NCBI GenBank assembly: GCA_020137815.1
Contig: CM035359.1
Location: forward strand, 1 to 64,000
Direction: 5' to 3'
DNA: 64,000 nucleotides
DNA from: Hormiphora californensis
Lineage: Eukaryota > Animalia > Ctenophora
Position numbers and translations under genes: made by a program
Shown here: piece after piece, positions 52,618 through 64,000 of the stretch
Layout of the letters: every line of letters begins with the position of its first letter
How positions within the stretch are numbered: position 1 is the first letter of the stretch
Notes under the pieces: generated by a model
The model's input: only the letters and a program-made list of their open reading frames with translations
Database searches by the model: none
Told to the model about the DNA's origin: nothing

Positions 52618-54890
52618 TCAGAATTCTAATTGGGACATTCCTAACATTTCGGAGGGATAAGATATAGTGCAGTATTCAGGCAGGTCATTCGGGACACAGG
52701 AAGAAAGGGGTGGAAGGTCGGTGAAGTAAGGTGTCCTCCGGCCTTCCACACTCTCGAGAGGTCGAAACTATACCGGATTTAATAAAATACAGACAGTCGG
52801 ACCCCGATTTGTCGGACCCAAATTTACCAGGAGGATAATCTTTCCCCGAAAAAGACGTTCCAAACGTACTTGGGCAGCGATAAGGCTTTCACGGGCGTGG
52901 CTACAACATTTTTCTTCAACTTTCTATCTATTATAATATCTCCCTCTCTCTCTCTCTCTTTCTTCCTTTTTCTATCTGTCTTTAACTCCATCTCTCTCAC
53001 CTTTCCATAGCGCTTCAGAGTACCTAGGATGACACTTTCTAGTTACCTTCCGAGGTCTACCTCTCTTTCACTCTCCACCTCTCTCTCTTTCACTCACTCC
53101 CTCTCTCACTAACACACTTTCTCTCTCTCCCTCTCCCCTCTCTCTCTGTCTATCTCAGTTTTAACAGTTAGAAAGGCCCTTGTCAACACACAGATAATAA
53201 ACTCACGAGAAAGATGTTTGATAACAACGGCTTAGCTTCCCTCTCTCCATCTCTCTCTTTCCCTCAGTGGTATACCCTACTATCGCTCTCGCATCATTCT
53301 CTATCCATGTATAGTTATCTCACTTTAACTTCACTTGAACAAGTGCGTCAAAAGAAAACAAGGCACCGATAAGGAAAAGCCGTGTGATAGTGCTAGCTAT
53401 AGTACACACTAGGATCTCTCTCTGCGAACAAACATAGCGCGATACTGCGCCACCAAAAAGAGAGAGCAGAGCCAAAAAAGACGAAGAGAGAGAAAAAAAG
53501 AGAGAGAGAGCGAGACAAGCACGCGAGCGAGAGCGCGAAAAAAAGAGAGCGAAGCAGAGGCAAAATAAAGAAGGAAAAAAGAGCTAGAGAGAAGGAGTAG
53601 AAAAAGAGAGGAAAGGGTTGGAGGAGGGGAGGAGAGGAAGAGAGAGGAGGAGGGGGAAGAGAAGAGAGAGGGAAGAAAAGGGTAGTAGGAGGGGAGGGGG
53701 AAGAGGAGAAGAGGAGAGAAGGGGAGGAGGGAGAGAGAGACAGAAGAAGAGAAGGGAAAGAAAAAAGAGGTCAGAGAGGGAGAGGAAAGAAAGAGAAAAA
53801 GAGAGAGAGAAGAGAGAAGGCAAAAAAAGAGAAGAGGAGAAGAGGAGAAGAAAAGAAATGGGGAGAAAAAAAAGAAAAAGAAAGAGAAGAGAAAAAAAAG
53901 CCAGAGGAATAAGAAAAAGAAAGTGGGGGGGAAGAGAAAAAGAGAGAAAAGAGAGAAAAAGAAAGGAAAAGAAGGAAGAGAAGAAATGAGGAAAGGAGAG
54001 GAGGAGGAGAGAAGAGGAAAACAAGAGAAAGAAAGAGGAGAGAAGAGAAGGAAAGAAAAAGAAAAAGAAGACAGAGAGGGAGAGAGAAGAAGAAAGGGGG
54101 AAAAAGAAGAAAGAAGGAAAGAGGAAAGGGAAATAAAAGAGAAAGGAAGGAAAAAAGGGAGTGGAGAAAGGGGCGAGGAAAAAAAGAAGAAAAAAGAGGG
54201 AGAAAGAAACAGAAGACGGAGCGAAGAGGAGGAAGGAAGGGAGGAAGAAGGAAAAAAAAAGAGAGAGGAGAAGAAAAGAAAAAAAGAGGGAGGAAGAGAA
54301 AAAAGAAGAAAAGAAAGGATTGGAACAGGAGAAGGAGGAAGGCAGAAGAAGAGAAGAAGGAGAGAGAGGGAAAGGAGAGGGAAAGAAGAGAGGAAAAAAA
54401 AAGGAAAAGGAGAAGGAAGAGAGCCCCCGATCCCAATTAACTACTCCTCATCACTACTACTCCTCCTCCTCTATTCACCGAATATTCCTCTCGCCCCTTT
54501 CCTCTCCCAACCACTTATCTCTCTCTCTCCCAACCCGTATCTCTCTCTATCCCACCACACCTTGATTATTATATCTCATATCTCCCAACCCAGAATTCTC
54601 TCTCTCTCCTCTCACACCCCTTATCTATTCGCCCACCACTTATCTCTCTGCCCTAGTCCCTCCTTAGTCCCTTGGTAATGAAATTACTCCTCTCCACTGA
54701 CAAGCAATAATAGGGGTGAATTCGTCACCAACTCCCTACCTAACCGTACAAAATAGCACCAACCTGTGTCCACTGAACACCGCACTTAGTGGATGTTTTC
54801 AGATGGTTGCGGAGAGTCCACGAAGTCAGGAATTTAGATCCGCACGAGGAACAGAGAAAAAAGGGCCGCTTTACACTTGTACACGATTTC
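52618..54890 (-). CDS. Probable second zinc-finger gene, 3' exons only
   Basis: Exon ending at 54764 encodes CSSCGSKFLTSWTLRNHLKTSTKC...WTQ followed by GT. In-phase terminal exon 52767-52618 encodes FRPLESVEG...MSQLEF*. Upstream sequence is garbled. Confidence 0.5.
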
Positions 54891-56103
54891 TGAGAGAGGT
54901 AGGATGAACCGGAACAGCTCGGGGAGAGAGAGAAAGGAGGGGAGGAGAGAGAGAAGGAGAGAGAGAGACTCTCGACAGCTCGACCGAGAGAAGGAGATGC
55001 AGGGAGAGGAGAGAGATGAGAAGAACGAGAGAGGCGAGAGACCGAGAGACACTCGAGACGACCGCACACGGCGGCCACGAGAGTAGGCAACTTATGGCGG
55101 GAGGAATTAGCGAGACAACGAGGCAGAAGCTACGAGGACCTCGACACATAGGAGACCCCGACGGCCGAGAGCAGAGAGTAGGACGGCGTAGGTGAGAGAC
55201 GAGATCCGAAGCATAGCACGACGACACGCCGAGACGACGATGTCCAACCAACGAGGTAGAGAGAGTGAGAGCATTCAGAGGCAAGACCGCGAGAGAGCCC
55301 ATGGCACTGAGAGACGAGATGGAACGACCCCGATTTAACGCGGAGCAAGCGAATGGAGGAGAGACGACTGACCCGACGGAGAGGAGGCAGAGAGAGGCGA
55401 CGAAGAGAGAGAGAGACAGCAGCCGACAGGAGACGAAGAGGCAGAGCAGATCGAGACCAGAGGAACCGATCAGAAGAGATTCAGACCGATGGAGCGCACC
55501 GGATGAGAAAGAGAGAATCCTCGCGGAGGGCTTGAGACGAGAGAACCCCGACGACGGAGAGAGAGAGACGAGGAGAGACGATAGACTGAGCCCCAATCTC
55601 CATTCTCCACACCACCCTCTTGAGAGGACGAGAGTGAAGAGAGAAGAGAACGCAGAGCCGAGAGTATTTAAGCCAGAGAGAGGACAGGAGAGATCAGAGC
55701 AGAGCCGCAGAGGCCGACGAGGAGGACTGATACGCAGAGAGGGGATAATATACCACGCGTCATCCAGAGGAGGGCTGAACATCGAAGGAGGGAGACGCCA
55801 GAAGTCCCCGCCAACTGCCACGGGCAGACACTCATTGAGCCATTTGTTCGAGAGTGAGCTGAGAGACGAATCTGTGAGAGAGGAACGAGGGAGCACCTGA
55901 GAATGAGCAGATGAGAAGAGCTGGAGGAGAGAGGAGAGAGAGAGAGCCCCACCCCACTCCCCCCTACCGTACACGCGAAGAGACAGAGAGAACGAGAGAG
56001 AGGGGGAGGAGCGAAGAGAGGACGGAGAGAGAAGCAGAGAGACGAGAGAGAGGAGAGAGAGAGCGAGAGAGAGAGAGGGCGAGGGAAGGAGGAGATGAGG
56101 GAC

Positions 56104-56145
<42 letters not shown>

Positions 56146-56295
56146 GGAGAGAGCCTAGGGGAGAGAGAGAGAGAGAGTGGAGATGAGGAGAGAGAGAGAG
56201 AGGAGAGAGAGGAGGAGAGAGAGCAGAGAGAGAGAGAGAGAGACGAGAGAGAAGGACGAAAGAGAGAGGGAGAGAGAGAGAGAGGAGAGAGAAAT
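53450..56295. other. Purine-rich low-complexity sequence, probably low-accuracy consensus
   Basis: Irregular GA-only runs and a corrupted MITE terminus at about 55325; a CT-rich counterpart lies at 50780-51310. Confidence 0.6.
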
Positions 56296-56337
56296 CAAAG
56301 AAGTGATGACGTATATCATGACGTCATTATATTTACC

Positions 56338-57164
56338 GGGGGGGACGACATGTTAATTGTTAATAAATCACCTCTTTTTTTCGATTTTGTTAATTAACGT
56401 TAATTAACGTTAATTAACAAAATTAACAAATGCTAAAAGACTGTTCTTATTGGTTGATAATACGACTTTAACTGGTTTAATTTTATAGTTTAACGACTTA
56501 TATAACACATTTATACCCAAACAAGGCCTCCCCCGATAACCGAAGTCTGCCATACAGGTTTTTTGGCTCAAAATCGATAAAACTCCAAAAGTTACAAATA
56601 TTTCAATTTAGCGTATAAAATCTAACTTAAGCGGAAATTTTTCATTGATAATAGATTCTTTGAACTTAAGAAGATGATGTACAACGTTTCTGTTGGAAAA
56701 AGAAATACAATTTTTCCAAAATCAATTTTTTGGTCAAAGATTGAAAATTTGCTTCGCTACAAATCCTTGTGTTTTTTTAGAAAAATTGATTTTTGGGATA
56801 TTTTTCGTTTTAAGGTAAATTCATAAATCTTATTTTGTTTTTAGGGTTGGAAAATGTGGATTAGGGTCATTTGACTTTAATTGCGGTTTAGTTTGGCTAG
56901 TTTTTATCAAAATTTACACAATGGAACAAATCGCTGTAGAAAATCCGTAGTAGAAGTAGTAGGCCTATACAAATCGTGCAGAAGGAACAACTTTGCTTGC
57001 AGAACAAGTGTTAAATACCAAAAACACGTACTAAAAGGGATTTAGATCGTATAAATGGCATTTGTTAACGTTTTGTTAACTTTTTGTTAATTTTGTTAAT
57101 AAATCACCTGTTTTCTCGATGTTAATATTAACAAAGTTAACAAAATTAACATGTCGCACCCCCC
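56338..57164. mobile_element. Non-autonomous TIR element with 8-bp target duplication
   Basis: TATTTACC|GGGGGGGACGACATGTTAATT...AATTAACATGTCGCACCCCCC|TATTTACC. Confidence 0.8.
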
Positions 57165-57392
57165 TATTTACCTCATGATGTGCGCTGGTGGCAGCACTGG
57201 CGAATATCCTATCACATTTGCTGCAGGAGTACTGTGATTTACTTTGTTCAGCAGTTTTTTCCGATCTGGACGGGGATTACAAAATATCAAAAGTAGAAAA
57301 ATGGCTGATACACCACGATAAAATATTTTATAAGGTAGAAATACATATAAAGTTGCATGATCGTTAGTTTTTTATTTAGGAACTTTTTCTAC

Positions 57393-60310
57393 TTACTGCC
57401 CATCCAAGACCCCATTTTCTTTTTCAGTGTTCTCATCATCAATTATGTTGACGGAATCCCCCATAACCACTTCTTCCGATCCTTCCAATTTTATCTGACA
57501 AAATGGAGGGGTTAACTCTCAGTTAACTTGGGGAGGAGTTAACTCTCAGTTAATTTGGGGAGGAGTTAACTCTCAGTTAACTTGGGGAGGAGTTAAAAAA
57601 ATCATAGCGCTGGCAAGCGCCCGGGGCCCAATCCTCCCTCCCCCCAACCATCCTTCCCTTAAAAATGTCAATTTTCCAAGCATTCTTGCTTCCAGTGAAT
57701 GGAAAATCGAAAAAGCGAAAAAAAAAAATTTGAAAATTTTTGAAAATTTTGACAGCGCTACTATACTTATTGTCTGAAATCGGCAATTTCAACTTTGTTT
57801 TAGACAACCTTCCCGTTGTCCTACGAACTTGCCGCTTGGTAGTTCGTGTTGCCTTGACACCTAGAGCACACGTTTAAAATTTCATGCAAATCGGAGTTAC
57901 GGTTTTTACGTTACAGAGGGTCGTATTTTAGACAAAATGTCCGTTTTTCGCGTCACGAACCACCGTAAAATAACCACTTTTTTGCGTACACAATAGAGGC
58001 CACAGTTTTAAAGCTATCACCATTAAACTTTGGGAGTCGGTAGGTCTAGTGGTGTACCTTGTATTAAAGCTTGGACAGAGGAAACGGACAGTCATAACAA
58101 AAATTATGACTGTCTTAAGTTTTCTTTGGCGTCTAAGACAGCCTTCCCGTCGTTCTACGAATACGCCGCTTGGTACGTGGTGTTGCCTTGACATCTTGAA
58201 CACACGTTCAAAATTTCAAGCAAATCCGAGTTACGGTTCTTCAGTTACGGACATCTGACTGTATTAAGATTTAAGACGATTTTCAAGAAACCTAGAAAAG
58301 AGCAAATTAAACTATAAATCATGATTTTATCACATATATTTTGCCAACGTAGGTCAACTGCTGTATTTTCATATATAATTGGTAGTCATATCTAGATTTA
58401 TGACTGTCTTAAATTTAAGACGATTTTAAAAACACCTAGAAAAAAGCGATTCAGAGTCTAAATTGTAATTGAAACAAATTTATTTTATAAAATTAGGTTA
58501 ACTGCCGCATTTTCAATTATAATCGGTAGTCATATCTAGAGTTATGACTGTCTTAAATATATGACGATTTTAAAAACCACCGATAAAAGAGCGATTTAGC
58601 ATCTAGAAGCTGATTGTATCAGATATATCTTATTACCAATGCTTATCCGTGATCATTATCCGTGAATGATAATCAAAATCATAGAAGAATCGTCAATCGC
58701 GGATAGCTAACCACGATAACTTATCGCGAATAAGTAATATATTAGTAACCAATTGCAGATAGCTAATCGCAGATAGCTAATCGCGATAGCTAATCGCAGA
58801 TAGCTAATCGCGATAGCTAATGATCGCGATAACTTAAACTAATCGCGATAACTTATAACGGAGTTGTGATCAGCTATCCGTGATTGGTTGTCTGCGATTA
58901 CTAACATATTAGTTATTCGCAATTGATAACCGAGATTAGATATCTGCGATTATTATGAGGCTACCTACGATCGAAAATGGCCGTGAATCCCCAATCCGCA
59001 CGTTTATTAAATTCAGCTAGTATTACAAAATGCATGTCATAGTATAACAAAATGCCTGATACTAGATCCAAAAACCAAACAAGTTTGGTGGATAGCCGGG
59101 GCCGCAGAAATTAAAAAACGTGCGAAAGTTTTGATACATGAACTTTCGGGGCCTGGGGTGCTGTTAAATTCGCGTTTCCATGATAATCAGCCGTTCTTTC
59201 AAAACACACTATTATAATATTATTCTGTAAAACAGACTCTGAAACGACCCACTGTGCACACTGCACTATATGTGACATGTGTGGATCTGTATGTATGATA
59301 ATGTGGAATTAAAAAAAAGATAATTTGATCATTGCGATAGTTTTCCTGGCGTATAGTTTGAAAATGTTGCTGGTTATAATCATGGAAACGCGAATTTAAC
59401 AGCACCCCAGGCCCCGAAAGTTCATGTATCAAAACTTTCGCACGTTTTTTAATTTCTGCGGCCCCGGCTATCCACCAAACTTGTTTGGTTTTTGGATCTA
59501 GTAATATACAATCCAGTATTATATTGGGGTCATAATAGTGGCAGAAGTGGTTATTAGCCGAGGACGTTTCGAATGGCTGACTATTTACCTGTTTTGATGG
59601 TGGCTCAGTATTTTCAACATCAGATGAGGGACCAGCGCTCTGCAAATGAAACGCATTTTAGTAACGTATATTACAGAGATATTATATGTCTCGGGCTAAG
59701 TACTTCGGGCCAAGTATTTCGGGCCACCCTGTTAATAAAATAACAAGAACTCACCTCTTTTAAGTCGTTAGTAATTTCATCAACTTTTGTTTTTAAGTTT
59801 TCAATCGCCTTGTCCAGCTCATCTTCGTTCAAAATCCCCGAATCAATCAGGTCTGCTTCAACTAGGAAACAAGAGTTAACAAAATGAAATTACTAGATAA
59901 TATCTTTCCCAAAAAATAGAACCTTGTTACTTGACTTTATAATTTTTATAATAAAATAGAACCTTGTTACTTGACTTGACCATTTCTTACCTCGTTCCCA
60001 GTTGCTTCGTTTTGGTTTGTGTTGTTCCTGGACGGTAGGTAGCATGGTGTAAGGGCCTAGCACCTCGTAGTAAGGTTTATTGGATGAAGGAGGTGTGCTG
60101 TTTTTGTTCATCTGTTTCTCCTCGATCGCCTGGAGAAGATGATTTCTGTGTGATGATAATGATTACAAAGGACATGCTACCTACCAGGAACCGACCGAAT
60201 TAAGTAAACAACCAATCAGAACTCGTTATTTAGGTCATGTGACTGGTTATCAGCCAATCAGGGACCAGTATTTCCTGATTCGGCCGGTTCCTGCTACATA
60301 CGGGTAGCAT
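57393..60310 (-). CDS. Small acidic hypothetical protein, 5 exons, about 135 aa
   Basis: Phase-consistent GT-AG exons 60310-60302 (MLP, start uncertain), 60129-59991, 59861-59755, 59639-59589 and 57494-57393 (stop); coiled-coil-like EDELDKAIENLKTKVDEITNDLKE. Confidence 0.6.
59060..59502. repeat. Inverted repeat with about 125-bp arms (MITE-like)
   Basis: 59060-59183 is the reverse complement of 59380-59502. Confidence 0.8.
60185..60293. mobile_element. Short hAT-like MITE (copy 2, complete TIRs)
   Basis: CAGGAACCGACCGAA...TTCGGCCGGTTCCTG flanked by CTACCTAC / CTACATAC. Confidence 0.85.
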
Positions 60311-60634
60311 GTCCGTTGACTGTTCCGTTTGTTGTTCAAATTCTTTATGTTTTGTCCAAGTTTAAAACAACGAATTCATAAAGGGAGAAAATTATAAAAC
60401 ATGTAATGTACAAACTTTTTCGAGTTACAAAATAAAAAAAAGTTCTAAACAAATCGGTTAACTTCACAGTCTTTATGGTCAAAGTCAAATCAAGATTTTT
60501 CAGTTTTTTAGTCCTTTTCCAGTTTATCACTTCAAAATGTCTATTGTTCATTGTGTGGCATCACACCGCGTTTTCGGTAGATCAAATTGTTCAAACTCTC
60601 TTTTTATTTGGAGCTGCCAAATGAAACAGTCAAC

Positions 60635-62155
60635 TCAGAATAGCTCCCTAATAGTTGTATACGTTCCTTGAATGTTTCTATCTTCCCCATCTCTTAGTGA
60701 TGCCGTGAATGCCGAGGTATTACCGAAAAACTCCAACGACGCATAACCTGGTTCCTCCTCCTCATTTTTCCACGCAGCGCCACTACTAGGAGATCCCCCT
60801 GGGGTACTTTGCCACTCGCTCGTTGAATCCATTATAAGAGTGTGCTCAATAGGGAGCCCTCTGTGCATCTCAAATTCTTGTCTTGGTAGTGTCGTCACTT
60901 GGGAAATCTGTACGTCTGGTGATACCAAAGCAGTCTCGGTCTTCCGCCTTGTTCTACGGATGATCAGAATAGCGGCGATCAAAATAGCTGTCACTGCGAG
61001 TGTTAGCACCACTAATAGGATAGGTACCAGAGGGAATGAAGATTTACTCTCTACCATAGTAATCTCTCCAAAGGTAGAGTTACATGTTATCATATCACGA
61101 CCAGTCACGAAAGTGACTTCAACTTGGAGCTTGTCGGACCCCTCTTCCTTCTTCAAAAAGTAGCCATCGGGTAGGGGGCACTTTATGGTATGATTGTAGA
61201 TCGGATAACCCTCAATCACCCACGTGAGTTGTTGAACCTCCCCTACAGTATACTCAAGGCTTGTTGGAGGCGTGACAACACCAGGGATTGTGAGCATGGT
61301 GTCTGCTGTGTAGCATCCCAGAAAAGGGTGACACGCTCCACACGTGTACTGCCCTGAGCTACTCTCCTTGTAATCAACCATAGCTACCGCAGTGGCGTGC
61401 TGGCTGGATGCCACTGGAATACCGAATTGTGGTAGATTGTTGTATTCTGGAAGGGCATGGTTGGGGTTGTCGTGCAGTTCATTGGAAATGTGTTACCCAC
61501 GAAGGGAGGCAGTTGGTTTATCGTCGGAGTGAGTGAATCAGGAACTCGACAATGCCATGCTTCAATTTCTCTGATGGATAAAACATCAATTCGATTATTG
61601 CAGAGTTTTTCCGAATCAAAGAGTCTAAGGTGACTTGATGAGTTTGTAATAGCAAGCTTTGTTGAGGACAAACAGGTCAACTGAAGAGTGGGCAAAGTTT
61701 TAGATTCCGATATTTTGGTTTCCACTCCTCTCTCTGGATAGTCAGTTACGTAGGCTTCGAAATAATCTAAAACTTTATTAACCGACAATTTCATGCCATA
61801 GTTTCTGCCAGTCTCTTCTAGATAGTAGTAGAAGTAGACGTAGTTCTGCCATTCCGAGACTATATCGATCGAAAGAACAGATCCAAGCATGGAAATTTTT
61901 CGGTAAATCCAAGATCCACCTCTTTTTGCAATACATTCCTCGCTACCAACCAGAGGCAGCCGGCTATTGATCTCAGTTGGATCAACAACATAATGATCCT
62001 TTGTTGTCACCTTCTTTGTCATGTGTATTTTGTTTGGGACTTCCACGGTTTGAGATGAGCTAAGCTTTAACTCCGTGTTTTCCACCCGACAAGTAACGTT
62101 CCCCGGCTGAACCTCCTGCCTCAACTTTACAAGAGCGCTATCTTGATTTGTTGTG
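60635..62155 (-). pseudogene. 5'-truncated, frameshifted tandem duplicate of the Ig-like receptor, retaining the longer C-terminus
   Basis: ORFs 61384-62124 and 60635-61414 match the 597-aa ORF. Frameshift near 61425 (CACAATTCGGT vs CACAGCGGT); the VTTQP repeats are absent. Confidence 0.75.
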
Positions 62156-64000
62156 ATCTGTTAGTGATGCCGTGAATGCCGAGGTATTACCGAAAAACTC
62201 CAACAACGCATAACCTGGTTCCTCCTCCTCATTTTTCCACGCAGCGCCACTACTAGGAGATCCCCCTGGGGTACTTTGCCACTCGCTCGTTGAATCCATT
62301 ATAAGAGTGTGCTCAATAGGGAGCCCTCTGTGCATCTCAAATTCTTGTCTTGGTAGTGTCGTCACTTGGGAAATCTGTACGTCTGGTGATACCAAAGCAG
62401 TCTCGGTCTTCCGCCTTGTTCTACGGATGATCAGAATAGCGGCGATCAAAATAGCTGTCACTGCGAGTGTTAGCACCACTAATAGGATAGGTACCAGAGG
62501 GAATGAAGATTTACTCTCTACCATAGTAATCTCTCCAAAGGTAGAGTTACATGTTATCATATCACGACCAGTCACGAAAGTGACTTCAACTTGGAGCTTG
62601 TCGGACCCCTCTTCCTTCTTCAAAAAGTAGCCATCGGGCAGGGGGCACTTTATGGTATGATTGTAGATCGGATAACCCTCAATCACCCACGTGAGTTGTT
62701 GAACCTCCCCTACAGTATACTCAAGGCTTGTTGGAGGCGTGACAACACCAGGGATTGTGAGCATGGTGTCTGCTGTGTAGCATCCCAGAAAAGGGTGACA
62801 CGCTCCACACGTGTACTGCCCTGAGCTACTCTCCTTGTAATCAACCATAGCTACCGCAGTGGCGTGCTGGCTGGATGCCACTGGAATACCGCTGTGGTAG
62901 ATTGTTGTATTCTGGAAGGGCATGGTTGGGGTTGTCGTGCAGTTCATTGGGAATCTGTTACCCACGAAGGGAGGCAGTTGGTTTATCGTCGGAGTGAGTG
63001 AATCAGGAACTCGACAATGCCATGCTTCAGTTTTGCTGCTGTAATAAACATCAATTCGATTATTGCAAAGTTCTTCCGAATCAAAGAGTCTCAGGTGACT
63101 TGATGAGTTTGTAATAGCAAGCTTTGTTGAGGACAAACAGGTCAACTGAAGAGTGGGCAAAGATTTAGATTCCGATATTTTGGTTTCCACTCCTCTCTCT
63201 GGATAGTCAGTTACGTAGGCTTCGAAATAATCTAAAACTTTATTAACCGACAATTTCATGCCATAGTTTCTGCCAGTCTCTTCTAGATAGTAGTAGTCTA
63301 AGTAGACGTTCTGCCATCCCGAGACTATATCGATCGAAAGAACGGATCCAAGAAGGGAAATTTTTTGGTAAATCCAAGATCCACCTCTTTTTGCAATACA
63401 TTCCTCGCTACCAACCAGAGGCAGCCGGCTATTGATCTCAGTTGGATCAACAACATAATGATCCTTTGTTGTCACCTTGTTTGGTTGAGTTGTCACATTG
63501 TTCGGTTGAGTTGTCACCTTGTTCGGTTGAGTTGTCACCTTCTTTGGAGGTTGAGTTGTCACCTTTTTTGGAGGTTGAGTTGTCACCTTTTTTGTCACTT
63601 TTCTTGTCGTTATTACTGGAGGTTCTGTTGTCATGTGTATTTTGTTTGGGATTTCCACGGTTTGAGATGAGCTAAGCTTTAACTCCGTGTTTTCCACCTG
63701 ACAAGTAACGTTCCCCGGCTGAACCTCCTGCCTCAACTTTACAAGAGCGCTATCTTGATTTGTTGTGTTGTCTCCAATAGTAATTGTAAGAGGCGGTATT
63801 CCTTCGCCAGTACACTCCACAGTAGCAACTCCGTCATTTGTGAGAATGACAAAATTGGTCACCTGAACAAATGGTGCTGAGCATTTTGTTATTTTTTCCG
63901 CTCCTCTCCAGGATATGGTGTCTACTTTCAAGTCAGTGAACTTGGTACAGGGATATTGATAATAATACCCGTTAATTCGATAGTTGACAATCCACTCTCC
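62138..64000 (-). CDS. Single-pass type I membrane protein with Ig-like domains, T/P-rich repeats and a tyrosine-motif tail; 5' end beyond the window
   Basis: Frame is open to the window edge. Ig-like signatures VECTGEGIPP...VTCQVEN, MNC...SSGQYTCGA and IEGYP; (K)KVTTQP repeats; TM LVPILLVVLTLAVTAILIAAILII followed by RRTRRK. Confidence 0.8.
   Translation of the reverse strand, partial: GEWIVNYRINGYYYQYPCTKFTDLKVDTISWRGAEKITKCSAPFVQVTNFVILTNDGVATVECTGEGIPPLTITIGDNTTNQDSALVKLRQEVQPGNVTCQVENTELKLSSSQTVEIPNKIHMTTEPPVITTRKVTKKVTTQPPKKVTTQPPKKVTTQPNKVTTQPNNVTTQPNKVTTKDHYVVDPTEINSRLPLVGSEECIAKRGGSWIYQKISLLGSVLSIDIVSGWQNVYLDYYYLEETGRNYGMKLSVNKVLDYFEAYVTDYPERGVETKISESKSLPTLQLTCLSSTKLAITNSSSHLRLFDSEELCNNRIDVYYSSKTEAWHCRVPDSLTPTINQLPPFVGNRFPMNCTTTPTMPFQNTTIYHSGIPVASSQHATAVAMVDYKESSSGQYTCGACHPFLGCYTADTMLTIPGVVTPPTSLEYTVGEVQQLTWVIEGYPIYNHTIKCPLPDGYFLKKEEGSDKLQVEVTFVTGRDMITCNSTFGEITMVESKSSFPLVPILLVVLTLAVTAILIAAILIIRRTRRKTETALVSPDVQISQVTTLPRQEFEMHRGLPIEHTLIMDSTSEWQSTPGGSPSSGAAWKNEEEEPGYALLEFFGNTSAFTASLTDHNKSR

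Noticed and set aside
50721-56397. Many long R/E/K-rich or L/S/F-rich ORFs
   Set aside because: Low-complexity GA/CT sequence lacking stop codons, probably with low base accuracy; only the zinc-finger segment was kept.

Overview
Repeat-rich animal genomic DNA, most likely a ctenophore (Pleurobrachia-like). That attribution is inferred from my recall of a short interspersed repeat and from the gene architecture; it was not verified by a search. Genes reconstructed by hand: a 15-exon V-ATPase catalytic subunit A (minus, one apparent frameshift); two tandem intronless AIG1/ADTRP hydrolases; a 3-exon ENY2/Sus1 with an antisense GPCR nested in intron 2; an intronless WDR74/NSA1; a second GPCR split by a full-length RTE LINE; two minus-strand C2H2 zinc-finger genes; a small 5-exon orphan gene; and a partly duplicated Ig-like single-pass receptor at the right edge. 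The remainder is mostly MITEs and foldback elements, a Helitron-like head-to-tail array, minisatellites and low-quality GA-rich sequence. The strongest leads are: (1) the LINE insertion creates GT...AG ends whose splicing would exactly restore the GPCR; (2) an operon-like AIG1-AIG1-ENY2-WDR74 cluster with a splice acceptor just before each ATG; (3) an Ig-like receptor whose two copies differ mainly in ectodomain patches; (4) a MITE whose target duplication is the splice donor in both copies present.
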